DNA of 64,000 nucleotides from Octopus vulgaris (Eukaryota): assembly GCA_951406725.2 (NCBI GenBank), contig OX597825.1, positions 83,142,001 to 83,206,000 of the forward strand, in the 5' to 3' direction. A program made the position numbers and the translations under genes. Every line of letters begins with the position of its first letter. Position 1 is the stretch's first letter. This document shows positions 14,085-26,776 of the stretch, piece after piece. A model generated the notes under the pieces. The model was not told the DNA's origin. It did no database searches and worked only from the letters and a program-made list of their open reading frames with translations.

Positions 14085-14280
14085 GGTGTCGAGGTGGCAG
14101 ATTCGTTAGCACGCCGGGCGAATTGCATAGCGGAATTTCGTGCGTCTTTACGTTCTTAGTTCAAGTACCGCTGAGGTCGATTTTGCCTATCATCGTTTCG
14201 GGGTCAATAAATGAAGCACCAGTGAAACATTGAAGTCGATGTAATCGACTATAACGTTCCCCCCACAAATTTCAGGCCTA
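14085..14280 (+). mobile_element. SINE family A, diverged
   Basis: Colinear with 4517-4738. Confidence 0.75.
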
Positions 14281-14363
14281 ACACTGAACCATGCGCCTTG
14301 TCCATATATATATATGTGTGTGCGTGTCTGTGTCTGTGTCTGTGTGTATGTATGTATGTATGA

Positions 14364-14735
14364 ATGCTGACATGCAGTGTCTGTGCAAGACCCTGCCTCA
14401 GTAAAGCTGGACGCATGAATCATCTTCGTAGTCATAAAGCAAGACAAATGAGTGACAACCTGGCCACTGGTGGTGGTATAACACACCATACTAATCATAT
14501 ATGTCGGGCATGTGGAAGAGAGTGTAATTCGGCAGGAGGACTTAAACGACATGCAAAGGTACATGAAGCCCAGTTACAACTACAGCCGGCTATTACCGGA
14601 AAAGGTTTTAGTTGCCAATTCTGTACAAGACCTTGTAGATCTTTGGCTGCATTCGATCATAGCACCAATAACAGTTAAGCTTTGTGCAATGGCCATACTC
14701 GATAACGAGGGGGCAGCCATAATGTATGTATGTAT
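14364..14735 (+). mobile_element. 3' end of an RTE-clade LINE with three C2H2-type zinc-finger motifs
   Basis: ORF has CxxC..H..H motifs (CSVC..HLRSH, CRAC..RHAKVH, CQFC.. truncated). It is followed by an RTE-type 3' end ggccatactcgataacgagggggcagccat and (atgt)n. Confidence 0.65.
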
Positions 14736-14777
14736 ATAGATATTACTATCGCTATCAGATATTGCCATCTGAGTGTA

Positions 14778-14834
14778 TTCCACTGATGAAGGCACAACAT
14801 TTCTTATGCAATTCCAGAAATCCGGGATCTGGAA
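14778..14834 (+). ncRNA. Type I hammerhead ribozyme motif (PLE-type)
   Basis: ttcca CTGATGA agg..cca GAAA tccggga TC tggaa; intact core, 5-bp stem I, weak stem II, near-palindromic stem III, AUC site. Confidence 0.65.
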
Positions 14835-15150
14835 ATTTTGCAGTAATTTTTTGGTAGTTTATTTTGTCCTTTTTCCTTCTCTACTGGTGATGTGTGAACA
14901 TTTAATTTGGTTTTAGAGTCAAGTTTCGACTGCTATTTCCAGCGTGAAGGTATCTCTTAGATACCCTAACTTATAATTTTAAATAATGATTACTTTTCAA
15001 AAGTTTTTATTCCCATGCTGGCCACCTGATACGATCGGTATTTAAATATCGATCTTTTCCTTATTTGTATAAATTTATATATGTATATAGATAGATAGTT
15101 ATATATTTATATATATATATAGAGAGAGAGAGAGTAAGAGAGAGAGATAG

Positions 15151-15199
<49 letters not shown>

Positions 15200-15204
15200 T
15201 ATAT

Positions 15205-15557
15205 ATCAAACAAAGAAAGATTTCCAATCCATAAAAATTTATATAAATTAAATAAAATTTTATATATCGTTTCTTCTCATATGGACATTATCATAGACCT
15301 TCTATAAAATTGCATAGAAGGTCTAGAAACCACCTGATGAATGTCCATAGAAGTGACAAGAAACGATCGTAGTGGATATCTTAATTTTATTTAATTTATA
15401 TAAATTTTTTTATGGATTGGATTAAGTCTTTCTTTGTTTGATTTGCATAATAGTGGTTTTGTCCCTAATAAATATTATATTATATTTTACTATAAAATTG
15501 GATTCAATCCTAAATCTGATTTTCCCTGTAAATTTGGATTTAGTCCCTAATATTTAT

Positions 15558-15560
<3 letters not shown>
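15205..15560. mobile_element. Penelope-like pLTR remnant as a head-to-head palindrome (arms 15205-15305 / 15314-15442) running into (TA)n
   Basis: The left arm is an internally deleted reverse complement of the right arm, and the right arm carries a hammerhead. Confidence 0.7.
15330..15375 (+). ncRNA. Minimal type I hammerhead ribozyme motif, intact core
   Basis: ccac CTGATGA a-tgtc-catagaagt-gaca-a GAAA cgatcg TA gtgg; stems I and II pair, palindromic CGATCG stem III, GUA site. Confidence 0.75.
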
Positions 15561-15648
<88 letters not shown>

Positions 15649-15671
15649 TAGATATGAATATATATATATAT

Positions 15672-15739
<68 letters not shown>

Positions 15740-16288
15740 AGAAAGGGGAAGAGGGGGATAGAGAGGAAATGACCATATCTGACTCAGACAATGTAAACAA
15801 CCTAATGAAACCAATTTGTAGCAGTAGCACATAATACGTAAAAATAGTTATGCAAACAATACAAACTTAATGAATCCTGTGCGGCATTCATCCGGCAATA
15901 CCTGAGTAAGTATAGAGTCGTTCATTTAAGTAATGATTACGTTCCACCCGATGTGCTCCTTGATATGAAGTCTTAGTACAGAGATTTCAAGCATGCAACA
16001 GCATCTTGGTAATTATGGCAACAAACTTGAAATCAATAAATTTTCCCCATTTGTTTTTAATTCAAAACTCGAATGATTTGCTTCTCTAAAGCTGTGTTGG
16101 AACACAAGCTTATTGTATAATCAGTCTCGCCGGTGACATCAGACACTTACATAATACATAATAGATGAGATCATATACATATATATCAATGTATATACAC
16201 ATACATTTTCTATATACATACATACATATATATATATACACACACACATAAATACATATATATTATACATACGTATTATATGTATAAT

Positions 16289-16333
<45 letters not shown>

Positions 16334-16429
16334 GTACTATATATATATATATATCATATGTATATATATAGTTTTTCATACGTATATATATATTGTCCAT
16401 GAAATACATATATATTATATGTATTTTGG

Positions 16430-16622
16430 GGCAGTAATTTGAGGGAACGGGAAGAGTCGATTATATCGACTCCAGTATAAAACTGGTACCTATTCTATTG
16501 ACCCGAAACGATGAGGGGCAAAGTCGATCACAGCAGAACTTGATTTCAGAACATAACGACTGGTGAAACACCACTAAACATTTCGTCCAGAGTGCTAACG
16601 ATTCTGGCAGCTCACCGCCTTA
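16430..16622 (-). mobile_element. SINE family A, diverged
   Basis: Ends in gtgctaacgattctggcagctcaccgcctt (reverse-complement head). Confidence 0.75.
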
Positions 16623-16636
16623 ATAATAATAATATA

Positions 16637-16773
16637 AAGAAGAAGAAGAAGAAGAAGAAGAAGAAGAAGAAGAAGAAGAAGAAGAAGAAGAAGAAGAAGA
16701 AGAAGAAGAAGAAGAAGAAGAAGAAGAAGAAGAAGAAGAAGAAGAAGAAGAAGAAGAAGAAGAAGAAGAAGAA

Positions 16774-16805
<32 letters not shown>

Positions 16806-16895
16806 AGAAGAGGAGGAAGAAGAAGAAGAAGAAGAAGAAGAAGAAGAAGAAGAAGAAGAAGAAGAAGAAGAAGAAGAAGAGAAGAAGAAGAAGAA
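16637..16895. repeat. (AAG)n microsatellite, ~260 bp
   Basis: Directly visible. Confidence 0.97.
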
Positions 16896-17384
16896 ATATG
16901 AATGAATAAGTTAGCGTCTGCTAGTGTGTTTGAACTGCAGGATATATCAGCCAAAACCTCGGCATATCAGACCATTCCATCTTAAGAAGCAGTAAAATGT
17001 GCATTAGTTCTGTTTTTTTTTCTTTTTCATAAAAAAATGGATTCACTAGCAGAGATTGCGACAACATCAACAGCAGAAATTCTGACAACAAACAGTAAAT
17101 GATTATTTTGCTGTTACACCTCTTAATAAATTTCATTCCTTTGACGTCAGAAGGAGTAAATTCCAGAGCTCAACACAGACTACGGTGACCTTTGGAATGC
17201 ATTTTGATATACAACACCACAGCAAATACCTGTCAACTGATACCAATGAACTGTTATATATTGGTCTAATAACACTGATGTTGTTTCTCTAAAATGTATA
17301 GCTTACATTCCACAGGTTTGTATATATATATTTATATATATATTTATATACAAAACCTTGGAATATGTTTGTATATATATATAT

Positions 17385-17560
17385 AGGAGTGGCTGTGTTG
17401 AGACGCAGAATCGACTGTGTGGTAAGTACCTTGCTTACCAACTGCATAGTACCTGGTTCAGTCCCACTGTGTGACACCTTGGTGACGTATCTTCAGCTTG
17501 GGCCGACCAAGGCCTCGTGAGTAGATTTGGTAGACGGAAACTGAAAGAATACTGTCGTGT
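17385..17560 (+). mobile_element. SINE family B, 5' half
   Basis: Head and ggtagacggaaactgaaagaa domain. Confidence 0.7.
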
Positions 17561-17619
17561 ATATATATATATATATGTTTGTGTGTCTGTGTTTCTACTT
17601 GTTAATAACTGCATTGTTT

Positions 17620-18360
17620 CCTTTCTGGTAAACTGATATACGATTGTAGAAAGAGGACTTCATGTGTAACTGGTAGCATCAGCAGATATGAATTTATCAT
17701 CACTTCGATAAAGATTTCCAGCCGAGTGTTTTTTCATGTTTGGGAACAGATGATAGTGATAAGGGTCCAAAGCAGTAGAATAAGGTGGCTGAACAACTAG
17801 TTCAGAGCCACAGATATGCACAATAGACACTGAACTAAAGGCCTGCCTGCTGGAGCATTGTCCTGAGGAAACAGTGTCAGTTTCCTGGATATTTGGTCTT
17901 CATAGCCTTTCGAAATAGGTATTTTGTCTGCCGTTACTTTCTGAGTTCAAATTCCGCTGAGGTCGACTTTGCATTTCATCCTCTCGTAGATTGATAGATT
18001 AAGTACCAGTTACGTACTTTTCTCGATCTAATCAATTCGCCCCCTCCCCAAGAATGAAGAGCCTTGTGCCCAGAGTAGAAAGTAATTATGTCAGAATGTA
18101 TGTGTAGAGGAGATAATCACTTTTCTGTAGGTACTTGATAACATCACGATGCCAAAATCTGTCCATTTTCAAGAGAAGTCGCATTCTGTTACTTTTGAGA
18201 AATTCTTTGAACGATAAGATATCAGCGTAACAGGAAGGAGACAATGCAGGCAAGATTCCACAGCTCTAGTATCACTCCTTACAACTTTCAGTACACTCTC
18301 GTATATTCTAAAATACATTTTATTCACAGCTCCAACGATTTTGTCAGCCAACAGTTTTCA
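17620..18360 (-). mobile_element. Decayed mariner transposon interrupted by a family A SINE (17912-18088, +)
   Basis: Minus strand: LFPQDNAPA..ELVVQPPYSTALDPYHYHLFPNMK..YRSDDKFISAD (cf. HQDNAPAH / HPPYSPDLAPSDYHLF), plus N-terminal HRDVIKYLQK beyond the SINE. Confidence 0.75.
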
Positions 18361-20183
18361 TTAATAAGCAGAATATAAAATTGAGCAGCTTGCATACTTT
18401 AACTGACAACATTCTCCCAAGCACTTAGTCGTGTCTTTCCTACAGTGAAAACATAAAATAATGCTAATGCATAAAACGTTAAAGTACGTAATTTACAGGC
18501 GACCTGGCAGGCATATTGTAACAATTAATTATCGAGAAACACCATACTGAGACAACCGATGTCAACATACAATATTCTAACACTCTCTTACCAGAAAACA
18601 TATCTGTGAAAATACGCGATAATAAATATATGAAATTTAATGATCTTCCACAAACTCGTTCTTTATAAAATTTTTTCTTGCAATTCAATACGCTATGTAA
18701 GAAACCAATTTATATTAAGGTTTATAATAATTAATAAAATGATATTTTAAATGCCCTGAATGAGTAATTATTATCATAAATATGAGGGAATCTAGCTAAA
18801 TTATCAGTTGTTTAGAAAGTGAGTGCTGTGAAATTAATTTTCGTTTCTAAGGTATAATTTGTTTTAAATAATTGTTAAGAATCTTTCTACATCTATACAT
18901 GAGGTTTTCATCCACTCTGATATGATAAAATTAATAATTAAAGCATAACTGATAAAACAGTATTGCTGACACGTAAAAGAATTATCATGTTATACGCTGT
19001 TAACTTAACTTTTAGTTGTCCTCAATGAACAGTTGTGATGGAGCTTTACCAGAGATAGATATATCACACACTGGTGATTTTGGGACTTCATTGACCAACT
19101 TTCGGTTGGTGAAGGAAAAAATCTGATAGAACTTGAACACCGATATGGAACTAACAGTTTAAACATTATGTAGGCAAATAGCATTATGATATCAAAAGGG
19201 GTCAAATTTCAATCGGGTGACGACAAAATTAATGAAAATATCTTAGACTACATTAGATTGTTTCGTATCACATAAAGACGACTCAGTCAGATCTGAATTG
19301 GCTCAACTCAAATAACAACAACACAACAAATACATATAACAAGAAAAGCAGCTGAGAATTTATTTTGCCGTAAGTTTATACACGAAATTTACCCTCTGAT
19401 TACAAAACTACACAAGTTAGCTTGCCCTTCATCCTTCCCAAACTGTAGGAAATACCGATGAAATAGTGGCTTAAACTAAACTGTTTTGTTTCTTTTGTTC
19501 AACCATGTCCGATGATTGTTCAGTTAAGTTGTTCAACATGAAACTTTCCGGTAACAATAATTAGTTGTTAAGGATCTATACTTACATAATTAATGTATAA
19601 CTGCCTCTTTTATCCAACTTTTGAAAACTTATTCGACAATGATATCTATAAACACACACATAGATACTTAAGGACACACATTGTAAATGTACATTAAAAT
19701 ACATACATATTGTACTACATATATGCATGCATACACGGGCAACATACAGACAGACTCACGCTATACACACACACACACACACACACACATGAAGAGGTGA
19801 CATTATCAGAATATCGTGTTTATGAAGAATTAATTGGAAGTTCTATTAGATGACATCATATAATGATTGTCTTCAACACTTTCTATAATATTGCGAATAA
19901 AGTATTTTTCTCAAGGACAGAAATATTTCCTATACAAATAATAATGGTTTAGTCTACTGTTTAAAGCATAGGAAAACAGAGGCCCTAATGACATAGGGAC
20001 AAAATATTTTCTTCGTCTGATATTTTAATTATTATATAGACCTTAAGGAAGAAAATATATTATAAACAGATGTTGATATAAATTGAAATCAGAGTGTGGA
20101 AATTAATCCAGGTGTTTTGCAAGATGTATAGCTGTTATTAGAAGAACGGTGGAAGTGACGAATATAGGAAACCACTGTCTCGC

Positions 20184-20258
<75 letters not shown>

Positions 20259-20769
20259 CGCAGACATGCAGACAAAATGACGTATGAATATATATTTATT
20301 TATGTACGTATACATGACAAAACACCCTTCTCTCTTTCTCTGTCACACATACATACATAAATGTATACAAGCATAATTATTAAAAAAACATACGTGTGTG
20401 TGTGTGTGACTTACTACAAATACATAGAGCTGAACACGGCGCGCAGAAAGTGAATAAATAAAAAAAATTACGGAGATTAATGAAGTGTGCGGGTTCAAGC
20501 GAATGAATGCCCATAATATTTTGAGTAATAACGAAATAAAATCCGGAGTGTGTGTGTGTGTATGTGTGAGGGAGAGGGAAAGAGAGAGAGAGAGAAAGAG
20601 AGAGAAAGGAGAGAGAACATTGCAAACAATGAATGAAATAAACATGAAATAGAAAATTAGTATAAATAAAAGCTTCAACCGAATATTTAAATCTGTGAAA
20701 TTAGTACATGTTTCTTTAAGTAATTTATGATACTTGTTTGCAAATACCGAATTAAGACTTGAAATGAAA

Positions 20770-21041
20770 ACATTAAAATAGAGAGTGAGAGATTTCGCCA
20801 ATGAAAACGGAAAACTTCTCCGTTGCTACGTCAAAACCGGAAGTTAACTTTGAGAAACTTTTTGAAAGAATTTAATCATGTAGCAATAATATTTATTTTT
20901 AATAAAAAACTAAACTGAAGACCTTGTTATGTATCCGCGATCAAATTATCCATGCATCAGAAATACGGAAGCAATTCGCGCAGCCGTTTTCGCGTGGGAA
21001 GCGAATATACACTCACAGAGGTCTATCTTATAAATAATACA

Positions 21042-21043
<2 letters not shown>
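20770..21043 (+). mobile_element. Possible Helentron/DINE-1-like non-autonomous element end
   Basis: caattcgcgcagccgttttcgcgtg..cactcacaga..cttataaataatacaga followed by a microsatellite resembles HINE/DINE-1 3' ends; recognition only. Confidence 0.35.
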
Positions 21044-21112
<69 letters not shown>

Positions 21113-21128
21113 GTATATATATATACAT

Positions 21129-21238
21129 ATATCACGTTGAAAGCACCGGCTCTCGTCTGATCACCGCAGTTAAGCAACGTCGAGCCTAGTCAGAACTTAG
21201 ATGGGTGACCGCTTGGGAAACCTAGGTGCAGTAAGCAT
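21129..21238 (+). rRNA. 5S rRNA-derived sequence lacking ~10 nt at the 5' end; pseudogene or SINE3 head
   Basis: atatcacgttgaaagcaccggctctcgtctgatcaccgcagttaagcaacgtcgagcctagtcagaacttagatgggtgaccgcttgggaaacctaggtgcagtaagc is colinear with metazoan 5S including the A and C boxes; no oligo-T terminator follows. Confidence 0.9.
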
Positions 21239-21314
21239 AGCACATTGTAAATGGCAGTGCCCCAGCATGGCCACAGCTCATTAGCTGAAACTGGAAAAAT
21301 CAAAATCAAAATCA
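21129..21314 (+). mobile_element. 5S head + CR1-like 3' tail + (AAAATC)n: SINE3-like retroposon
   Basis: 21249-21294 matches the 3'UTR tail of the LINE at 1491-1537(-). Confidence 0.65.
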
Positions 21315-21608
21315 TATCACGGTGATCACCGTGACCGACCAGGCTATGCAACAAATCGCTGGTCACAATGCGCTTCAGATTGTTTTAGCCTTCAAATGCC
21401 GCCACCCCGCTGGCTAAGCGAGCAGACCAACAGAAGAAAGAGTGATAGAAATTGTGGCGAAAGAATACAGCAGGGATCGCCACCATCCACTGCCGGAGCT
21501 TCGTGGAGCTTTAGGTGTTTTCGCTCAATAAATACTCACAACGCCCGGTCTGGGAATCGAAACCGCGATCCTACGACCGCTAGTCCAATGCCCTAACCAC
21601 TGGGCCAT
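21315..21608 (-). mobile_element. tRNA-derived SINE family C, near full length
   Basis: Minus-strand head atggcccagtggttagggc..ggtttcgattcccagaccggg (A and B boxes) followed by a ~230-bp body. Confidence 0.8.
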
Positions 21609-21614
21609 GTATAC

Positions 21615-21672
<58 letters not shown>

Positions 21673-21990
21673 ATTCTTCAGCTTTATATCAAGATTTTGT
21701 ATGTATATATGCATGCATGCATCTATACACACACACTTATATGTTCTACATTATACGTAGAGGCCATTCAGTCACCTAACCATCCACTAATTATATCGCA
21801 CTGGAAAACGAGCAAAAATTATTTTTTTAAATTGAAATAGTTTCTCTGAGAAACGCAAGCCACATTTTCTGGCGTCAGACGACAATTATTAGTTTAGTAA
21901 GATATAGTAAAGAGCATATATTAAACGATATAATTATAGACGCATCACATATTTCTAAAAGACTTAAATATGTACAATATGTCGTATAAG

Positions 21991-22102
<112 letters not shown>

Positions 22103-22139
22103 GCATGTCTTAATGTATTATCATTATGCTTCGTATATA

Positions 22140-22347
22140 CTCTTTACTCTTTTATTTGTTTCAGTCATTTGACTGCGGCCATGCTGGAGCACCGCCTTTA
22201 GTCGAGCAAATCGACCCCGGGACTTATTCTTTGTAAGCCCAGTACTTATTCTATGGGTCCCTTTTGCCGAACCGCTAAGTGACGGGGACGTAAACACACC
22301 AGTATCGGTTGTCAAGCAATGCTAGGGGGACAAACACAGACACACAA

Positions 22348-22382
<35 letters not shown>

Positions 22383-22562
22383 CATATATACATATATACG
22401 ACAGGCCTCTTTCAGTTTCCGTTTACCAAATCCACTCACAAGGCATTGGTCGGCCCGGGGCTATAGCAGAAGGCAATTGTCCAAGTTGCCATGCAGTGGC
22501 ACTGAACCCGGGACCATGTTGCTGGTTAGCACGCTACTTACCACACAGCCACTCCTGCGCCT
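22140..22562 (-). mobile_element. SINE family B, full length
   Basis: Reverse complement of 9583-9985. Confidence 0.9.
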
Positions 22563-22643
22563 GACATACGGTAATATAACATACAGTAATATGCCTGACA
22601 TACGGTAATATGACATACGGTAATACGCCTGACATACGGTAAT
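22559..22643. repeat. Short minisatellite, (gcct)gacatacggtaatat x5
   Basis: Directly visible 15-19-bp units. Confidence 0.85.
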
Positions 22644-23972
22644 AGAATATCTCTAAGAAAACACAACGACGGTACAAAACAATGAAACTGAACTTTATAA
22701 AAACATGTAGACATAGAGTAATTCCATTATAATTAGATTCAATGATGAAACCTATGTGTGGTCGATCCGTATCTCTCACAGATTATATACTGTGTTATCT
22801 TCAAAACATACGAATGCCTCTTGTAGTCTGGGACAGACAAAATATGAAACAAAGGAATGGCGTGTATTGTAATCACTTTGAACTCTCAACCTAGAAGATT
22901 TAAATGCAGCTGCTAATCCCCCATATATAATTTCAAAGAAATTCTGATTTCTAACAATGGCACATGGTCATTACATTTCTGGCAAGAGAATGTTCGACGA
23001 AATTAAACTTTAGAAATTTTTATATTATATTTTACCATCAATTTTTGCAACAAATACTTCTTTCTATGTAGAAAGTTGTCTAAAACCGATGTTAGTTTTT
23101 AAGCAATTCTTTCGTCTTTTTAATTCAAGATGCGTAACTGATGACAGAAGCGCATATCTTGTTGCTAGTTTTGACTTTCAACTGCAATCATATCTCAATT
23201 ATAGCCATAAATCAAATTCTTATCATACGCATCTGTGACCGGATCTCTTGTACCATTCTGGTGTTTGCTTAAATTGTTGAATAGAAGCCGAAAAACTCCA
23301 ACTGTTAGTTTTTCCGCTCGTAAAGCATTTAACGAAAATGACTAAATTATGTTTAAAGAAAGTTATAGGCTGTGTGATATCTTTGTTTAATGAACAAATA
23401 TTTAATTTTTATTTCTGTTTGACAGATGTATCATACTTACAAATATGTAGGAAAACAAATTTTATTTTATCGAAATTCTGTCTGCATAAAGAATTTCAAC
23501 AAATATTTTCCCAAAGAAACTTTACTGAAAGCTTCTGAACGTGTAAAAAAGAACTGTTGAATATAAATTGAAATGGTCTTGAAGCATATTACTTTGAAAT
23601 TTCAGACAAGTATTATCATTAGTGGAAATATCAGTTTTCCCCGGAGTTTAATACACCAACTTCGTATATCGATTGCTAAGTACGACAAACAATAAGTACT
23701 TATTCACATCATACCCAAGCAAGAAAATAACTTATGCATCACTGCATGTCGCCACTTCAAAGCACGCACACACATATACACATATACACATATACACATA
23801 CAAATAGACAAAGATATATAGAGCCATAAACAAATACATACACATAGACGCAAATATACACGAATGCTCGAAAACTCAAACAAATTCAGAAAACCGTCCA
23901 TCTTTATACATTTATACGCATACGAATTTTGTGCATATATGCGTGTAAGTGTATGTACATCTAGGCGAATTG

Positions 23973-24003
<31 letters not shown>

Positions 24004-24479
24004 GTGAATGTGTGTGTATGAGTGTGTATGTGTTTGTGTGTGTGTACTTCCATAAATATGTGCGCATCTAGATATATATATGTATACGTATATATATATA
24101 TAACATATGTATATGAATATATACACGTATATGAATGTATGTGTATATATATAAAAAATTTATATGTATATGCATAGACATGTGTATATACGTATATCCA
24201 TTAACAGATTTGTATACATACATACATACGTACAGACAGACAGACAGACATACAGGCAGACAGACATACAGGCAGACATACAGAGAGCAGACATGCACGT
24301 ATATTCGTAAATCAGTTTAAATATGAATGAAAGCAAATACATACTCATATAAGTTAAATAAGTATCTGGTATTTTGGGTTCTAAGCATTTCTTAATTTGA
24401 TATTACACCTGCAGAAAACGTAGCAGAGTCTGGTAAACATGTGTACAAATTTTACAAAAATACAAAAAAAACAAACGGA

Positions 24480-24820
24480 AGCACCGAGTCGGAAGATTCG
24501 TGATCACAGCGGGGAAAAAAAAGCTTAGTATCATTTCATCCGTTGTTACGTTCTGAGTTCAAATTCCGCCAAGGTTGACTTTGCCTTCAATCCTTTCGGG
24601 GTCGATAAATCAAGTACCAATTGCGTACTGGGATCGATCTAATCATCAGGTCCCTCCCATCAAAATTTCGGGCGTTGTGTCTAAAGTAGAAAAGAATTGT
24701 GAGCACGCCGGAGAAAAACACTTAGCGTCATTTCATCCGTCGTTATGTTCCGAGTTCAAATTCCACCGATTTCGACTTTGTTTTTCATCCTTTCGGGGTC
24801 AAGAAAATAAGTACCAGAAT
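24480..24820 (+). mobile_element. Two tandem diverged family A SINEs
   Basis: cgttctgagttcaaattccgcc..cctttcggggtcgataaa motif, twice. Confidence 0.75.
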
Positions 24821-25687
24821 TTAAAGGCAATATTTTAGGCAAGATGTTGATATTTTTCTATACTGTAAATGCCCCAGGGTTCTAGTATTAAACAGCATTA
24901 GAGTTACCTTCCTTCCCAACCACATTGGTATGTAACAATACACAAAACCACACATAGTTTCTTATATATATCCACATACATGAGTATCTGTTTTTGTGAA
25001 ACTCCGTCGCGAACGTCTACACAAAACAGATCTATATTTGTCTTCATCGTAAATACAACGTAGTGGTCTTCGCCAAAGGAACACAGGAGCCAGATATATT
25101 TACGTTAAACGGAGGGGAGGATTAAATCTACTATACAAGCGATTGTTTAGTCTAGCAAAGATGTTGTTATCTTAATATGTCTCAAGTAGGAAAAACAACA
25201 AAAATGTCTCATCTCTTTCTTAAAGATATCAATAATAAAATATATGCAGATATAAACTATATTCTATATAATGTTATCACTTTCTTATAAATAATCTAAA
25301 ATAACAAAATACATTGATCATATCTCACTGAATATTCGCTCCGATCAATAATAAAGTCTCACACTTGACATTATCTCACATATGAGAAACAAACACGTAG
25401 ACGCAATATTATTAAAGCTAATCCACTAAGGTAATTATTGAAAACATCATCTGTAGATTTGTTCTTGGAATAATGCAGAGAATGTTTGGAATAAATTCCG
25501 GAATCTAAACTCCATTCACTAATATTATATATTGTATTTGTTTTATTTTTAACATTTTGTTCGTAGAATTCGTTCTGTTTTAATATCACCAAACAGCATT
25601 TGCAATCTTTTCTCATCAATTTAATTCCTAAATTTTGTAATTCTCCTTTATCTCTTAACAGATACTTTTCATAAACAACTTATTGTG

Positions 25688-25743
<56 letters not shown>

Positions 25744-25750
<7 letters not shown>

Positions 25751-25890
25751 TAGAAAAAAACATATTCCCTCTTATTACATACATATAATTATAAATTAGA
25801 AAAAAAACATATTCCCTCATATTATATACATTCATATATATATATATATATATATAAATTAGAAAAAAACATATTCCTTCATATTATTAT

Positions 25891-25936
<46 letters not shown>

Positions 25937-25965
25937 TAGAAAAAAACATATTCCCTCACATTATA
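25744..25965. repeat. Four copies of tataaattagaaaaaaacatattccc(t) separated by variable TA-rich tracts
   Basis: Units at ~25744, 25790, 25853 and 25930. Confidence 0.85.
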
Positions 25966-26008
25966 TATATATGTATTTATGTATATATATATATATACAT
26001 ATACGCAT

Positions 26009-26057
<49 letters not shown>

Positions 26058-26573
26058 TATGTATGTGTGTGAATATATAAGCATATATGTGGGTGGGGGG
26101 GTTGTGTGTGTGTATGTATATGTATGTGTATTCAAAGTACGTTGATAAACTTAAGATTAACATGCGCTATCATAAATAAAAAAAATTCCAAATTTGGCAG
26201 AAGGCCATCAGTTTTTGCGTGGAGGAGAATGTCGGTTGGAGGCGGACGCTGGTCGTAAAGTGAGAGTTGATTAGATAATGACGGTGTAGTTTTCATTATT
26301 AAAACGCTACTTAAAATGCACCTGTGTCCATCTTATTTAGATATTGGCAGAATAAATAACATAGAACCACTTGTTCATAGAAAAAAATAATTGCAAATAG
26401 ATTTGGGCGTTGTTAACTCGTATAATATGAATATTAAGCTAAATGAAATAATAGAAATGATATATTCCAGGTACTTATTAAAAAATTGAATGATGTATGT
26501 AAAATAAACGCACACAATACACCACACACACGTTAATATATTTTATAAATACACATACATTTATATGTTTTTC

Positions 26574-26621
<48 letters not shown>

Positions 26622-26738
26622 GATGTACATACACACACATATAAAAGATGGAGGTGGATATAGCACAGAAGTAAGTGTAAGACATTTCAGTGTAGGAGGG
26701 CGTTTAATAAGAAATATTTTAAAAATTATATGAATAAA

Positions 26739-26776
26739 ATATTACCGGTTTCGATGACTCTCATTTTATCAAATAT
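26739..26776 (-). ncRNA. Degenerate minimal hammerhead at the end of a probable PLE ORF remnant (26769-26984 -)
   Basis: atat TTGATAA aatga-gag-tcatc GAAA ccgg TA atat; two core substitutions, palindromic CCGG. Confidence 0.45.

Noticed and set aside
14364-14678. Host C2H2 zinc-finger gene exon
   Set aside because: No TGEKP linkers, begins at a microsatellite, third finger broken, and followed directly by a retrotransposon-type 3' end
21129-21238. Functional 5S rRNA gene
   Set aside because: Lacks the first ~10 nt, has C-box substitutions, has no oligo-T terminator and is not in a tandem array
25744-25965. CRISPR-like repeat-spacer array
   Set aside because: Spacers are plain TA microsatellite, the context is eukaryotic, and there are no cas genes
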